Source: Candidatus Poribacteria bacterium (GTDB lineage Bacteria > Poribacteria > WGA-4E > WGA-3G). From it: a DNA stretch of 64,000 nucleotides. A program made the position numbers and the translations under genes. Each line of letters begins with the position of its first letter. Positions within the stretch are counted from its first letter, which is position 1. Shown here piece after piece: positions 53,863 through 63,270 of the stretch. Under the pieces are notes generated by a model. That model made no database searches, had not been told where the DNA came from, and worked only from the letters and a program-made list of their open reading frames with translations. The DNA is taken from contig OZ251518.1 in the NCBI GenBank assembly GCA_965242965.1, positions 4,256,001-4,320,000 of the forward strand, given 5' to 3'.

Positions 53863-55788
53863 TTGAGACAGCATCATCAACCCTGGTTGGATATCCGCAG
53901 TGTAGTATGCCGTTTTAAAAAGCCGCTGCTCCTGCTAGTCCCGTTAATCCTGCTCATCCTGCTGCAGACGCTCGCGCCAGCCGTTGCACAGGACATGAGC
54001 GAGGCGGAATATCGTCCCTTCCCGAAAATTGGCAGTCGGAACGCCGCGTGGATTGCCGCACAACTCCACCTATTGTTCGGCTCCTTCATCCTCGGTGTCC
54101 CGATGTTCGCCGTTATCATTGAGTTCATCGGCTGGAAGACGAAAGACGCGCGCTATGACAGGATGGCGCAAGAGTTCATCAAACTCTGTATGGGCGCGTT
54201 TTCAACGACAGCACTGCTCGGCGGTGTCCTCGTTTTCATCTTGATATGGTGCTATCCAAAGGTGATGAGCAAACTCAGCGGGATATTCGGACCGACGATG
54301 ATTTTTTACGTCGTCCTATTCTTCGGTGAAACGTTTACGCTCTACCTCTACTCCTACGGATGGGACAAGATGCAGGGACGACATAAAGGCTGGCACCTGT
54401 TCCTCGGTGTCCTGTTGAACGTGTTCGGAACGGCGATTATGTTTGTTTCAAACTCGTGGCTCACCTATCAGACGAGTCCTGGCACACAATACCGCAAATT
54501 GTCTGACACGACGCGGCAATCGTGGCTGGAAAGCAAACTGGCGCAGAACCCAGGCATGACGCAAACCGAGGCGATGGAAGGGATAACGGATGCAACCGTG
54601 ATTCCGCTCCACAACGAAACAACCGGCGAGTTTCTGGCTACCGTCTGGGAAGCTGTCAATAATTTCACGTGGATGCCTGTCAACATTCACCGCCTCATCG
54701 GGAATATCGCCTTCGGCGGTTCGATTGTGGCGGCTTATGCGGCATTTCGCTTCCTCGTTGCGAAAACCAAAGAGGATAAAGCACACTACGACTGGATGGG
54801 GTATACCGGGAACTTCATCGCGCTGTGTGGACTCATCCCGCTGCCCTTCGCCGGCTACTGGCTAGGCCGCGAGATTTACATGTTCAACAACACGATGGGC
54901 ATTAACATGATGGGCAGTCTCTTCTCATGGCTGTTTATCATTCAGGCCGTGATGATCGGCGTGCTGTTCATCGGCGCGAACTATTACCTCTGGTCTGGGA
55001 TGGGCCGCATTGATGGCGCGCAGATATACGCGCGTTACCGGCCCTACATGATTGCCATCATCGTTATCTGTGTGGCTATCTGGATGACACCGCGCACGCT
55101 CTCCAAAATCTCCACTTCAAGCGAATTGAGCGCGATGGGCGGCGCGAACCACCCGCACCTCGGCCTGTTCGGTTTGATGACAGCGAAAAATACAGCGGTA
55201 AACATCATCATCCTGACGACGTTCTTGAGTTTCCTCTTTTACAGGCGTTCCGGCAAATCACCGACGGCGAGTTGGAAAAAGGTGGGCAACATCGCGATAT
55301 CCTCTATATTTTTCTTCTCGGCTGTCTCCATCATCGTTATCGGCATCGTTGGGTTTACCGTGCCGACAGACCTGCGTGTGAACGTGCTAACCCCCTATCA
55401 GGTGCTAATTGCACTCGTTGTGATGGTAGCCGTGACGATAATCGACATTTTCATGTATCGGAAGGCGACGATGTCCGGCACTATCAAATGGGGTGAAATG
55501 AGCGACCGGTCGCAGTATGTCCTCATTCTCTTGGCAATTACTTTTACGTCGCTGATGGGTTTGATGGGTTATGCGCGCTCCGGACTTCGGGAGGCGTGGC
55601 ACATTTTCGGTGTCATGCAGGATACATCGCCGGATGCCTTCACGCCGCTTCTCAGTGAGGCAGTGAACATTGTCGCTATCATCATGGTAATCTTCTTCGC
55701 GCTTGTCGGGTTCATCTTCTGGCTCGGCTTGTGGGGCGAAAAGAAGAAGCAGCAAACAGCTGCTGTGGAAGGGGAAGGAGAGCATTAA
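53863..55788 (+). CDS. Cytochrome bd-like oxidase subunit I (CydA-like), extended; no cydB in the window
   Basis: QLHLLF (His19-like), FFGETF (Glu107-like), NSWL, NIHRLIG (His186-like), ARSGLREAW in place of GRQPW; about 13-14 hydrophobic segments. Confidence 0.82.
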   Translation: MRQHHQPWLDIRSVVCRFKKPLLLLVPLILLILLQTLAPAVAQDMSEAEYRPFPKIGSRNAAWIAAQLHLLFGSFILGVPMFAVIIEFIGWKTKDARYDRMAQEFIKLCMGAFSTTALLGGVLVFILIWCYPKVMSKLSGIFGPTMIFYVVLFFGETFTLYLYSYGWDKMQGRHKGWHLFLGVLLNVFGTAIMFVSNSWLTYQTSPGTQYRKLSDTTRQSWLESKLAQNPGMTQTEAMEGITDATVIPLHNETTGEFLATVWEAVNNFTWMPVNIHRLIGNIAFGGSIVAAYAAFRFLVAKTKEDKAHYDWMGYTGNFIALCGLIPLPFAGYWLGREIYMFNNTMGINMMGSLFSWLFIIQAVMIGVLFIGANYYLWSGMGRIDGAQIYARYRPYMIAIIVICVAIWMTPRTLSKISTSSELSAMGGANHPHLGLFGLMTAKNTAVNIIILTTFLSFLFYRRSGKSPTASWKKVGNIAISSIFFFSAVSIIVIGIVGFTVPTDLRVNVLTPYQVLIALVVMVAVTIIDIFMYRKATMSGTIKWGEMSDRSQYVLILLAITFTSLMGLMGYARSGLREAWHIFGVMQDTSPDAFTPLLSEAVNIVAIIMVIFFALVGFIFWLGLWGEKKKQQTAAVEGEGEH

Positions 55789-57308
55789 TGTCCAACACCG
55801 TGGTAAAAATTGCGAGTTTAGTTTTAATGGTGGTGAGTTTCATCGCCTATATCGCCGGGGCATCGGCGTTCCCGATTGCCTCAGAGAACCTGCTACCCTG
55901 GTCGGTCTGGTTCATCATCTCGGTAGTGGTGAACATCGTCGTGTGGGGTAGCATCATGAAGCTGCTGACGTTCTCACTCGCCGTGATATGGTTCTACGCG
56001 TTTGTGGCGGGGCTCGTGCCGGAATCGTCGACGGCAACAGGGCCGGTAACGGCACTTCCATGGGAGGACCCGGACGCGGTGGCTGAAATAGGCGCGGCGA
56101 TTTTTAGCGGGAAAGGACAGTGCAGCGCGTGTCACACCGTCGATCCCTCGGCTCCGAAGGGCCGATGTCCCGATCTGACGGATATCGGCATGAACGCCGC
56201 GAACCGCCAACCCGGCGTGGATGCGAAAACGTATCTGATCGAATCCTTGTATGAACCGGCAAACTATCTGGTGCCCGGCTACGGCAAGATTATGCCGGAG
56301 GTGTGGAAGGCACCGATTGCACTGTCTCAATTAGAAATTGAAGCAGTTATCGCCTATTTGCAGAGTCAAGGTGGTGAAATCGATCCGACTCCGTATGAGG
56401 AACCGATTAATAGAGCGGATGCGGGGACGGTCGCGGCCGCACTGCCGCCGCTGCTAACTGGTGACCCGGGGCTTGGCAAGAAAGTGTTTGTCTCGGCGGC
56501 GTGTATTTCGTGCCACGCAGTCACAGGCATCGAAAGTCCTGCTGCTAGCGAGGAGAATCAAGACTTTGAAGTCGTCACCGCACCGGATTTATCCGAAATT
56601 GCCGCCTTCAACGACATGCGGTATCTTGAGGAGTCTATCCTGAAACCGGGCGCGCAGATTGTGAGCGGCTACGGCGCAGTCACTGTTAAAACAGACGGCG
56701 CGACTTTGCAGGGAACGCTCGTCTCGCAGGACACGGAGCAGATTGTCGTCCGCACCAAAAAGGCCAGCGGGGAAGAGGAAGAACACACCATCCTGCTGAC
56801 TGCATTGGATGAGGAACCCATCCAAGAACTCGCGAACTTGCAAGCGAACGGCTATTTTACCTTAACGCTAACGCCTACGGACGCAGATGCACCAGTAAGC
56901 GGCGAAATTGTCGCGGAGACTGAGGATACCGTGACGCTCAAAGTAGGCGACAGCAATCAAACGAATCAAACGTTTTCTAAAACGGATGTCAAAAGCCTGA
57001 TGACAATTGTTGACTTTGATGGAAACGAGATTGTCGGTTCGTTAGTCTCCGGCTCTCTAGACGATGACGAAATCGTTTTGAACGTTGACGGTAGCGATGA
57101 GGTAATTGATACGTTTGATATTGAGGAAGCTACCTTTACGCGCGCGTTTGGCAAGAAGCTGCTCGTCACGTCGCCGATGCCTGAGAACTTCCCGCTGCTG
57201 TTATCGGTGTCAGATATGAGCAATCTGCTAGCGTTCTTAAGCACACTCACAGGCGAAACGGCAGCGGCGGCAGCAACCCCTGCGGATGCTGAAGCTGCAG
57301 GGGAATAA
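55788..57308 (+). CDS. Membrane-anchored diheme cytochrome c
   Basis: CSACH and CISCH, YLIESLYEP/YLEESILKP, distal MP motifs; start overlaps the upstream stop (TAATG). Confidence 0.88.
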   Translation: MSNTVVKIASLVLMVVSFIAYIAGASAFPIASENLLPWSVWFIISVVVNIVVWGSIMKLLTFSLAVIWFYAFVAGLVPESSTATGPVTALPWEDPDAVAEIGAAIFSGKGQCSACHTVDPSAPKGRCPDLTDIGMNAANRQPGVDAKTYLIESLYEPANYLVPGYGKIMPEVWKAPIALSQLEIEAVIAYLQSQGGEIDPTPYEEPINRADAGTVAAALPPLLTGDPGLGKKVFVSAACISCHAVTGIESPAASEENQDFEVVTAPDLSEIAAFNDMRYLEESILKPGAQIVSGYGAVTVKTDGATLQGTLVSQDTEQIVVRTKKASGEEEEHTILLTALDEEPIQELANLQANGYFTLTLTPTDADAPVSGEIVAETEDTVTLKVGDSNQTNQTFSKTDVKSLMTIVDFDGNEIVGSLVSGSLDDDEIVLNVDGSDEVIDTFDIEEATFTRAFGKKLLVTSPMPENFPLLLSVSDMSNLLAFLSTLTGETAAAAATPADAEAAGE

Positions 57309-57317
57309 GGGGGTAAC

Positions 57318-58094
57318 ATGAAGAGGCTCTCACTGTTCACAAAATGTCTCATCATCTTCGTTGGCAGCTGGGTGTTCCTGCGGTTCATCATCGGTAACGT
57401 CATTTCGGTGCCGATACCGGGCAGCGTGGTTGCGATGTATATGGGACTGATTCTCATCGCCATCTTGGTGCATATCTCCGTTGAGGATTCACGGTTTCGG
57501 GAGTTCCTGCGTCCTCTTAATGAGACGCTTGCTGACGACAATAAGCGGATGCGCCGCCGGGTTATCGCCGTGTTGATACCGCTGGTTTTGCTGGCGTATA
57601 CGTACTCGATTTTCGCGCAGCGGACGAACCCGCCAGGAAATCCGCGCGACGCGCACCCATCGCCGCCGCTTGAGCTTACCTACAAAGACGAGGTGATCGG
57701 GAAGATGCAGGAGGTAGAAAATCCGTTCCGGCACTACGAGAAGGATGACCCGGGGGCGTTCAAAGCGCATGTAGAAAACGGCAGCCGAGTCTACTATCAA
57801 AACTGCTTTTACTGCCACGGCGATGATCTTGACGGACAGGGGCATTTCGCACCGCACCTGCAACCGCTACCCGCGAATTTCCAAGACCCGGGCATCATCC
57901 CGAACTTCCAAGAGTCGTTCCTCTTTTGGCGGATTAGCAAGGGCGGGCCGGGGCTGCCAGCGGCTGGAACGCCGTGGGATTCCGCAATGCCTGTTTGGGA
58001 AGACATGCTGACAAAAGACGAAATTTGGGACGTAATCCTATTTTTGTCTGATTATACCGGCTATCAGCCGCGAACGTTTGGGGAAGGACACTAA
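57318..58094 (+). CDS. Membrane-bound monoheme cytochrome c
   Basis: Three TM segments, CFYCH, FWRISKGGPGLP..PWDSAMP.W. Confidence 0.88.
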   Translation: MKRLSLFTKCLIIFVGSWVFLRFIIGNVISVPIPGSVVAMYMGLILIAILVHISVEDSRFREFLRPLNETLADDNKRMRRRVIAVLIPLVLLAYTYSIFAQRTNPPGNPRDAHPSPPLELTYKDEVIGKMQEVENPFRHYEKDDPGAFKAHVENGSRVYYQNCFYCHGDDLDGQGHFAPHLQPLPANFQDPGIIPNFQESFLFWRISKGGPGLPAAGTPWDSAMPVWEDMLTKDEIWDVILFLSDYTGYQPRTFGEGH

Positions 58095-58097
58095 AAG

Positions 58098-59807
58098 ATG
58101 ATACGCCGATATCAAAACACGATTTTCCTGACACTGCTGCTCGCGCTGGCATCAGTCTTTTCGGTGGCAGACGCACAGAACGCACCGGAAGCCTCTGAAG
58201 AAGGCAAACGGGTTTATGAGAAGAGCTGCGCGCACTGCCACGGCACTGAAGGACGCGGGGACGGTTCCGCCGCCGAAAATCTGCTCCCGAGACCGCGGGA
58301 TTTCACCCGCGGTCTGTATAAAATCCGCTCAACTGAAACCGGACAGCTCCCCACTGACCAGGATTTGTTTGACATTATCACGGAGGGAATGCCTGGTTCC
58401 TCAATGCCGGGATGGGAGACTGCGCTGAGTGCTAACGAACGGTGGGAGGTCACCGCCTATATCAAAACCTTTTACGAGGGGTTCAAAGAGAATACAGCAC
58501 CGCGCCAAATCGATCTTTCCAGCAAAATCGCCTACTCTGAACAGAGCGTTGAGACAGGCAAAGCACTCTATACTGAACTCGGTTGTGTTGAATGCCACGG
58601 CGATGTTGGTCGCGGCGATGGCACCTCCGCGCCAACCCTCACCGACGAATGGGGTTTCCAAACCTGGCCCGCGAATTTGGCGCAAGGTTGGACTTTCAGA
58701 GGCGGCGGCGAGACAGAGGACATCTTCAAACGGTTCATCGGCGGCATTGCCGGCTCACCGATGCCTGCCTTTGAGGGGGATAGCTTCCTGCACTTCGGGT
58801 TGACTTCGGAGGAATCCAAACGCCTTACCGAATTGGAAAACAGGGACGAAATGACAGAGGCTGAGGACGAGGAATCCGCGGCGTTCTACGAGAAAATGGA
58901 GGTCGCGATTGACATTGCACTCAGAATCACCGAAGGCGACACCTTGAACGCGGCAGACCGGCAGACCTTTGATAATGCGATGAAAGTGGTGTATGAGAAG
59001 AGTTGGCATCTGGCGAACTACGTCAAATCTCTCTCACCCGAAAAGCGTCCTGCACCGGCGATCGGCAACAACGTGCTGCGAGCGCAGTATGTCAATGGCG
59101 AATTGCCCGCGCTAGGCGATGCGGCATGGGAAACGCTGAAATCCAGTTATTTCCCGCTTGTCGGACAGGTAATTCTTGAACCAAGGCAGTTCAACCCGAC
59201 GATTGACTCGGTTAACGTCAAATCGTTCTACAACGATACCGAGGTGGTGTTCCTCTTCACGTGGGATGACAGAACGCACACCACGGCGTTAGAGGATGAA
59301 GAAACAGGCAAGGTGCTTGAGGATGCATTGACAATCCAATTTCCTGTCAAGGTGCCTCAAGGGCCGACCGCGCCGAAACCGTATTTCCTCTGGGGCGGCA
59401 GGCTGCCAGTCTATCTTTGGCACTGGAAGGCTTCTGCGCCTGAGCAGATAACGGAACTAACTGCCAAAGGCATTAATAACGCCGAAGTGCAGGCGGCGCA
59501 AAGCGACATCCAAGCACAAGGGACATACACAACCGGGCAATACAACTTGTGGGTGAAACGTGCGTTGAAAACGGACGACAAGAAAGACTTGCAGATTGAA
59601 CCGGGTGTGTTTGTGCCTATCGCCTTCTCGGCGTGGGATGGCGCGAATGGCGATGTAGAGGCAAAACGGGTCATCTCTAGCTGGTATACGTTCGTTCTAG
59701 AACCTGTCCCGTCTTCGAGACGGTTTATCTATCCACCATTGGTGGCACTTCTCTCTGTCGGCGCGCTCTTCGGTTTACGGGGGTTCGTGCGGCGGAGAAA
59801 TTCGTAA
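58098..59807 (+). CDS. Diheme cytochrome c fused to an EbdC/NxrC-like (DMSO reductase type II gamma-like) domain with C-terminal TM
   Basis: CAHCH and CVECH, PRPRDFT; C-terminal VKSFYNDTEVVFLFTWDD, DALTIQFP, WHWKA, KRAL, PIAFSAWDG..SSW. Confidence 0.82.
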   Translation: MIRRYQNTIFLTLLLALASVFSVADAQNAPEASEEGKRVYEKSCAHCHGTEGRGDGSAAENLLPRPRDFTRGLYKIRSTETGQLPTDQDLFDIITEGMPGSSMPGWETALSANERWEVTAYIKTFYEGFKENTAPRQIDLSSKIAYSEQSVETGKALYTELGCVECHGDVGRGDGTSAPTLTDEWGFQTWPANLAQGWTFRGGGETEDIFKRFIGGIAGSPMPAFEGDSFLHFGLTSEESKRLTELENRDEMTEAEDEESAAFYEKMEVAIDIALRITEGDTLNAADRQTFDNAMKVVYEKSWHLANYVKSLSPEKRPAPAIGNNVLRAQYVNGELPALGDAAWETLKSSYFPLVGQVILEPRQFNPTIDSVNVKSFYNDTEVVFLFTWDDRTHTTALEDEETGKVLEDALTIQFPVKVPQGPTAPKPYFLWGGRLPVYLWHWKASAPEQITELTAKGINNAEVQAAQSDIQAQGTYTTGQYNLWVKRALKTDDKKDLQIEPGVFVPIAFSAWDGANGDVEAKRVISSWYTFVLEPVPSSRRFIYPPLVALLSVGALFGLRGFVRRRNS

Positions 59808-59889
59808 ATAGCAACGGGGAAGTGTGAATTTCCCCGACTAATCCGAGGCGCGCGGTTTGAAACCGCGCCTAAAAGAGAGGATACTCAAA

Positions 59890-60678
59890 ATGAAAACCTA
59901 CATGTTGGCATGCCTCGCGCTGCTTCTAGCGTGTTGCTGCTGCATTCCTGCTAGTGCAGACCATCACGCGGCGGGTGAGATGGAGATGCTCCAGTTCCCC
60001 GAATCCTACAAAGCGATGGCGGTGAGCAACGGCGGAACGATTAGCGGCACCGTGACGTTTGACGGCGACGTGCCAGAAATGAAAGTGCTCGAAATCACCA
60101 AAGACCAGGCGGTTTGCGACTTGACTGAGAAGCATGATGAATCGCTTGTCATTGGTGAAGGCAACGCTTTAAAAAATACGATTGTCTACCTGATAGACAT
60201 TTCCCAAGGCAAAGCTGTCGATAAAAAGGCGAAACCCGCGATCGACCAGAAGGGATGTAAATTCACCCCTCACGTCCAGATTGTTCCAGTCGGCGTGCGC
60301 CTGACGATGCTGAATAGCGACAAAGTCAATCACAACGTGCATATTTTCAGCAGCGTCAACAAACCGGTGAACAAACAGCAGACGAAGAACCGGAAGAAGA
60401 TGCCGCTCGCTGGTGTCAAGAAGGCGGAAGGGCCGGTCCAGATGAAATGCGATATCCACGGTTGGATGTCTGCATGGCTCGCCTATGTGCCGCATCCCTA
60501 CTTCGCTGTGACAGATGAGATGGGCAAATTCACGCTGGAAGATGTCCCTCCCGGCACGTATCAACTTGGGTATTGGCATGAAGCGTGTGGCACGAACAGC
60601 AAAAAGCCGGCTACCGTTACGGTAGAGGCAGGCGGCACTGTCACGCAGGACTTCACGTTATCCATGAAAAAGATGTAA
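59890..60678 (+). CDS. Second periplasmic cupredoxin-like protein, paralog of 52926..53678
   Basis: DQKGCKFTPHV, HNVH, CDIHGWM, HPYFAVTD, WHE. Confidence 0.82.
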   Translation: MKTYMLACLALLLACCCCIPASADHHAAGEMEMLQFPESYKAMAVSNGGTISGTVTFDGDVPEMKVLEITKDQAVCDLTEKHDESLVIGEGNALKNTIVYLIDISQGKAVDKKAKPAIDQKGCKFTPHVQIVPVGVRLTMLNSDKVNHNVHIFSSVNKPVNKQQTKNRKKMPLAGVKKAEGPVQMKCDIHGWMSAWLAYVPHPYFAVTDEMGKFTLEDVPPGTYQLGYWHEACGTNSKKPATVTVEAGGTVTQDFTLSMKKM

Positions 60679-60775
60679 GTTGTCGGTAGGCGCGCGTTTT
60701 CATCTTGCACATTTCGCGCATTTGGAAACCGCGCCTACCCGGGCCGTTATGAGTCGGTGATAGCGGTAGTTGGCG

Positions 60776-61693
60776 ATGACTCTCAACCTCAAGGTAGAAA
60801 ATCTGTCGCATACGTATGGCACACGGCGCGCGCTGGAGAGTGTGAGCTTTACCGTGGCAAGCGGCGAGGTTTTCTGCCTCCTCGGCCCAAACGGCAGCGG
60901 GAAAACAACGCTGTTTAGAATTTTGTCCACGCTGCTGCGGCCAACATCCGGTCGCGTGCTTATCCTCGGACATGAATTAGCAACCGAGGCCAAGGCAATT
61001 CGGGAACTGCTAGGCGTTGTTTTCCAGCATCCGGGGTTAGATGCGAAACTGACGGTGCGCGAGAATTTGCGGCATCAGGGACATCTCTACGGACTTGCCG
61101 GCAAGCCGCTGCGCAATCGCATCGCTGAACTTCTGGAACGCTTCGGCGTAGCAGATAGGATAGACGAACGCGTGGAGGTATTGTCCGGCGGTTTACAACG
61201 GCGGGTTGAGATTGCGAAGGCGATTTTGCATTCCCCGCGCGTTTTGCTCCTTGACGAACCGAGCAGCGGGTTAGACGTGAGCGCGCGACTGCAACTACGC
61301 GACGTTCTGAAGACGCTCGCGGAGACAGAAAACATTCTCGTGCTGTTGACAACGCATCTCTTGGATGAGGCGGAGGCATGCACCCGAATCGGTATTCTTG
61401 ATGTAGGAGAACTCGTTGCCCTCGGCGACCCGGAAGAATTGAAGACGCTGATCGGCGGCGATGTTGTTTACATAGATAGCACAAGCCGGGAAACCCTCTA
61501 TCCCGAAATCGTCCAACGGTTTGGGGTTTCGCCGGTGCTTACCGATAGTCACCTGCGCGTTGAATGTGAACGGGGACACGAGTTTGCCAAAGACGTGGTG
61601 ACCGCGTTTCCTGACGAGATTCAGGCGGTGCGGTTTGGGAAACCGACGCTTGAAGATGTCTTCATCAAATTGACAGGAAATCGGTTTGAGTAG
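60776..61693 (+). CDS. ABC-2 type exporter ATP-binding protein
   Basis: GPNGSGKT, LSGG, LLLDEP, TTH, C-terminal PTLEDVF. Confidence 0.93.
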   Translation: MTLNLKVENLSHTYGTRRALESVSFTVASGEVFCLLGPNGSGKTTLFRILSTLLRPTSGRVLILGHELATEAKAIRELLGVVFQHPGLDAKLTVRENLRHQGHLYGLAGKPLRNRIAELLERFGVADRIDERVEVLSGGLQRRVEIAKAILHSPRVLLLDEPSSGLDVSARLQLRDVLKTLAETENILVLLTTHLLDEAEACTRIGILDVGELVALGDPEELKTLIGGDVVYIDSTSRETLYPEIVQRFGVSPVLTDSHLRVECERGHEFAKDVVTAFPDEIQAVRFGKPTLEDVFIKLTGNRFE

Positions 61694-61705
61694 AGGAACA
61701 ACGCT

Positions 61706-62500
61706 GTGCCGACGAGTTTGCTACCGGTACTGACAATATGGTGGCGTGAAATCGTGCGATTTTACCGTCAGCGAAGCCGACTTTTCAGTGCCATCGCGCA
61801 GCCGTTGGTATTTTGGCTCCTCATCGGAAGTGGGCTGAGTGCCTCGTTTCAACCAGCGGGTGCTTCGGAGACAGACTACCTTGCATACTTTTATCCCGGC
61901 ATCGTCGTTTTAGTCGTGCTTTTTACGGCGATTTTCGCAACAATATCTGTTGTGAACGACAGACGCGAGGGGTTCTTGCAAGGCGTGCTCGTTTCACCGG
62001 TGCCGCGATGGCGCATTGTCCTCGGACAGGCGTTAGGCGGCACAACGCTGGCACTCTTGCAAGGGATACTGCTCCTGGCACTAGCACCCTTCGCCGGGGT
62101 CCGACTCGGCGTTGCATCGGTGATTTTGACTATCGGCGTGCTGGCACTCTTAGCGTTCGGTTTGACAAACCTTGGACTGCTGATGGCATGGCGAATGGAC
62201 TCAACGCAGGGGTTTCATGCGATTATGAACCTACTGCTGATTCCGATTTGGCTGCTGTCGGGTGCATTCTTCCCGAGTGCCGGGGCACCCGGGTGGCTGG
62301 CATGGACGATGCGCCTGAACCCGTTAACTTATGGGCTCGCCGCACTCCGAAAGTGTCTCTATTTTGATACCGCAAGCGCAGTCGGTGCCGGCCCTTCGTG
62401 GACGCTTTCTGTGCTGATTACATCGCTATTTTGTATTTTGACATACGTGGGCGCGACCTTTACAGCTGCCTCGCAAGCAGGCAAAGGCGCGGCAAAATGA
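61706..62500 (+). CDS. ABC-2 type exporter permease
   Basis: Six TM segments, DRREGFLQGVLVSPV, LSGAFFP, LNPLTY. Confidence 0.92.
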   Translation: MPTSLLPVLTIWWREIVRFYRQRSRLFSAIAQPLVFWLLIGSGLSASFQPAGASETDYLAYFYPGIVVLVVLFTAIFATISVVNDRREGFLQGVLVSPVPRWRIVLGQALGGTTLALLQGILLLALAPFAGVRLGVASVILTIGVLALLAFGLTNLGLLMAWRMDSTQGFHAIMNLLLIPIWLLSGAFFPSAGAPGWLAWTMRLNPLTYGLAALRKCLYFDTASAVGAGPSWTLSVLITSLFCILTYVGATFTAASQAGKGAAK

Positions 62501-62559
62501 GGATGACTGGCGGTTTCCTTACAGTCGTCTTCACAATTGAAATCGAAAAGGAGGACCGA

Positions 62560-63225
62560 ATGCTTCAATGGCTTCCAGAGAACGTATCAACGTTCGGGCA
62601 AGGTGTTGATAGCCTCTTCCACGGCATTTATTATTTGACACTTGTTGTCTTCATCCTTGTGATGGCAACGCTGATTGTCTTCCTGATTAAATATCGGCAT
62701 CGGGAAGGACATAAGGCTACCTACATCGAGGGGAGCACAACGCTTGAAATCGTCTGGACAGCGGCGACAACGGTGATTGTCTTTGGGCTCGCGATGCTCA
62801 GTTATCCGCAATGGAACAAGATTAAATCGCCGCACGAATTCCCCGATAATCCAGAAATCCTCGTCCAAGTCAACGGGAAGCAGTTCAACTGGGATATGAC
62901 GTATCCCGGTCCGGACAATGAACTGGGTACCGACGATGACCTGGAATTAGAAAACGAATTGCATGTGCCGGTTAACGCGGTGGTGCATATCCGCTTAACC
63001 GCCGAGGATGTCATCCACAGTTTTTTTGTCCCGCAGTTGCGGCTGAAACAAGACGCGCTGCCGAACCGGTTCATCGATGTCTGGTTTGAGGCTACGAAGG
63101 CTGGCCGGTATGAAATTCCGTGTGCAGAACTGTGCGGCTTCGGGCACTCTGGGATGCTCGGGTATCTCAACGTGCATTCACGGGCAGACTACGAGGCCTG
63201 GGTAAAAGAACGGTGGCCTCAGTAG
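62560..63225 (+). CDS. coxB: Cytochrome c oxidase subunit II (CuA)
   Basis: LEIVWT, GKQFNW, DVIHSFFVP, KQDALP, CAELCGFGHSGM; RBS AAGGAGG. Confidence 0.95.
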   Translation: MLQWLPENVSTFGQGVDSLFHGIYYLTLVVFILVMATLIVFLIKYRHREGHKATYIEGSTTLEIVWTAATTVIVFGLAMLSYPQWNKIKSPHEFPDNPEILVQVNGKQFNWDMTYPGPDNELGTDDDLELENELHVPVNAVVHIRLTAEDVIHSFFVPQLRLKQDALPNRFIDVWFEATKAGRYEIPCAELCGFGHSGMLGYLNVHSRADYEAWVKERWPQ

Positions 63226-63270
63226 GTTCTGTAGCCGCGACCGGCCGGTCGCGAAGGGAGAAACATAACG

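Noticed and set aside
58098-59807. Evidence that the organism oxidises nitrite
   Set aside because: Only a gamma-like domain is present; no molybdopterin alpha or FeS beta subunit is in the window.
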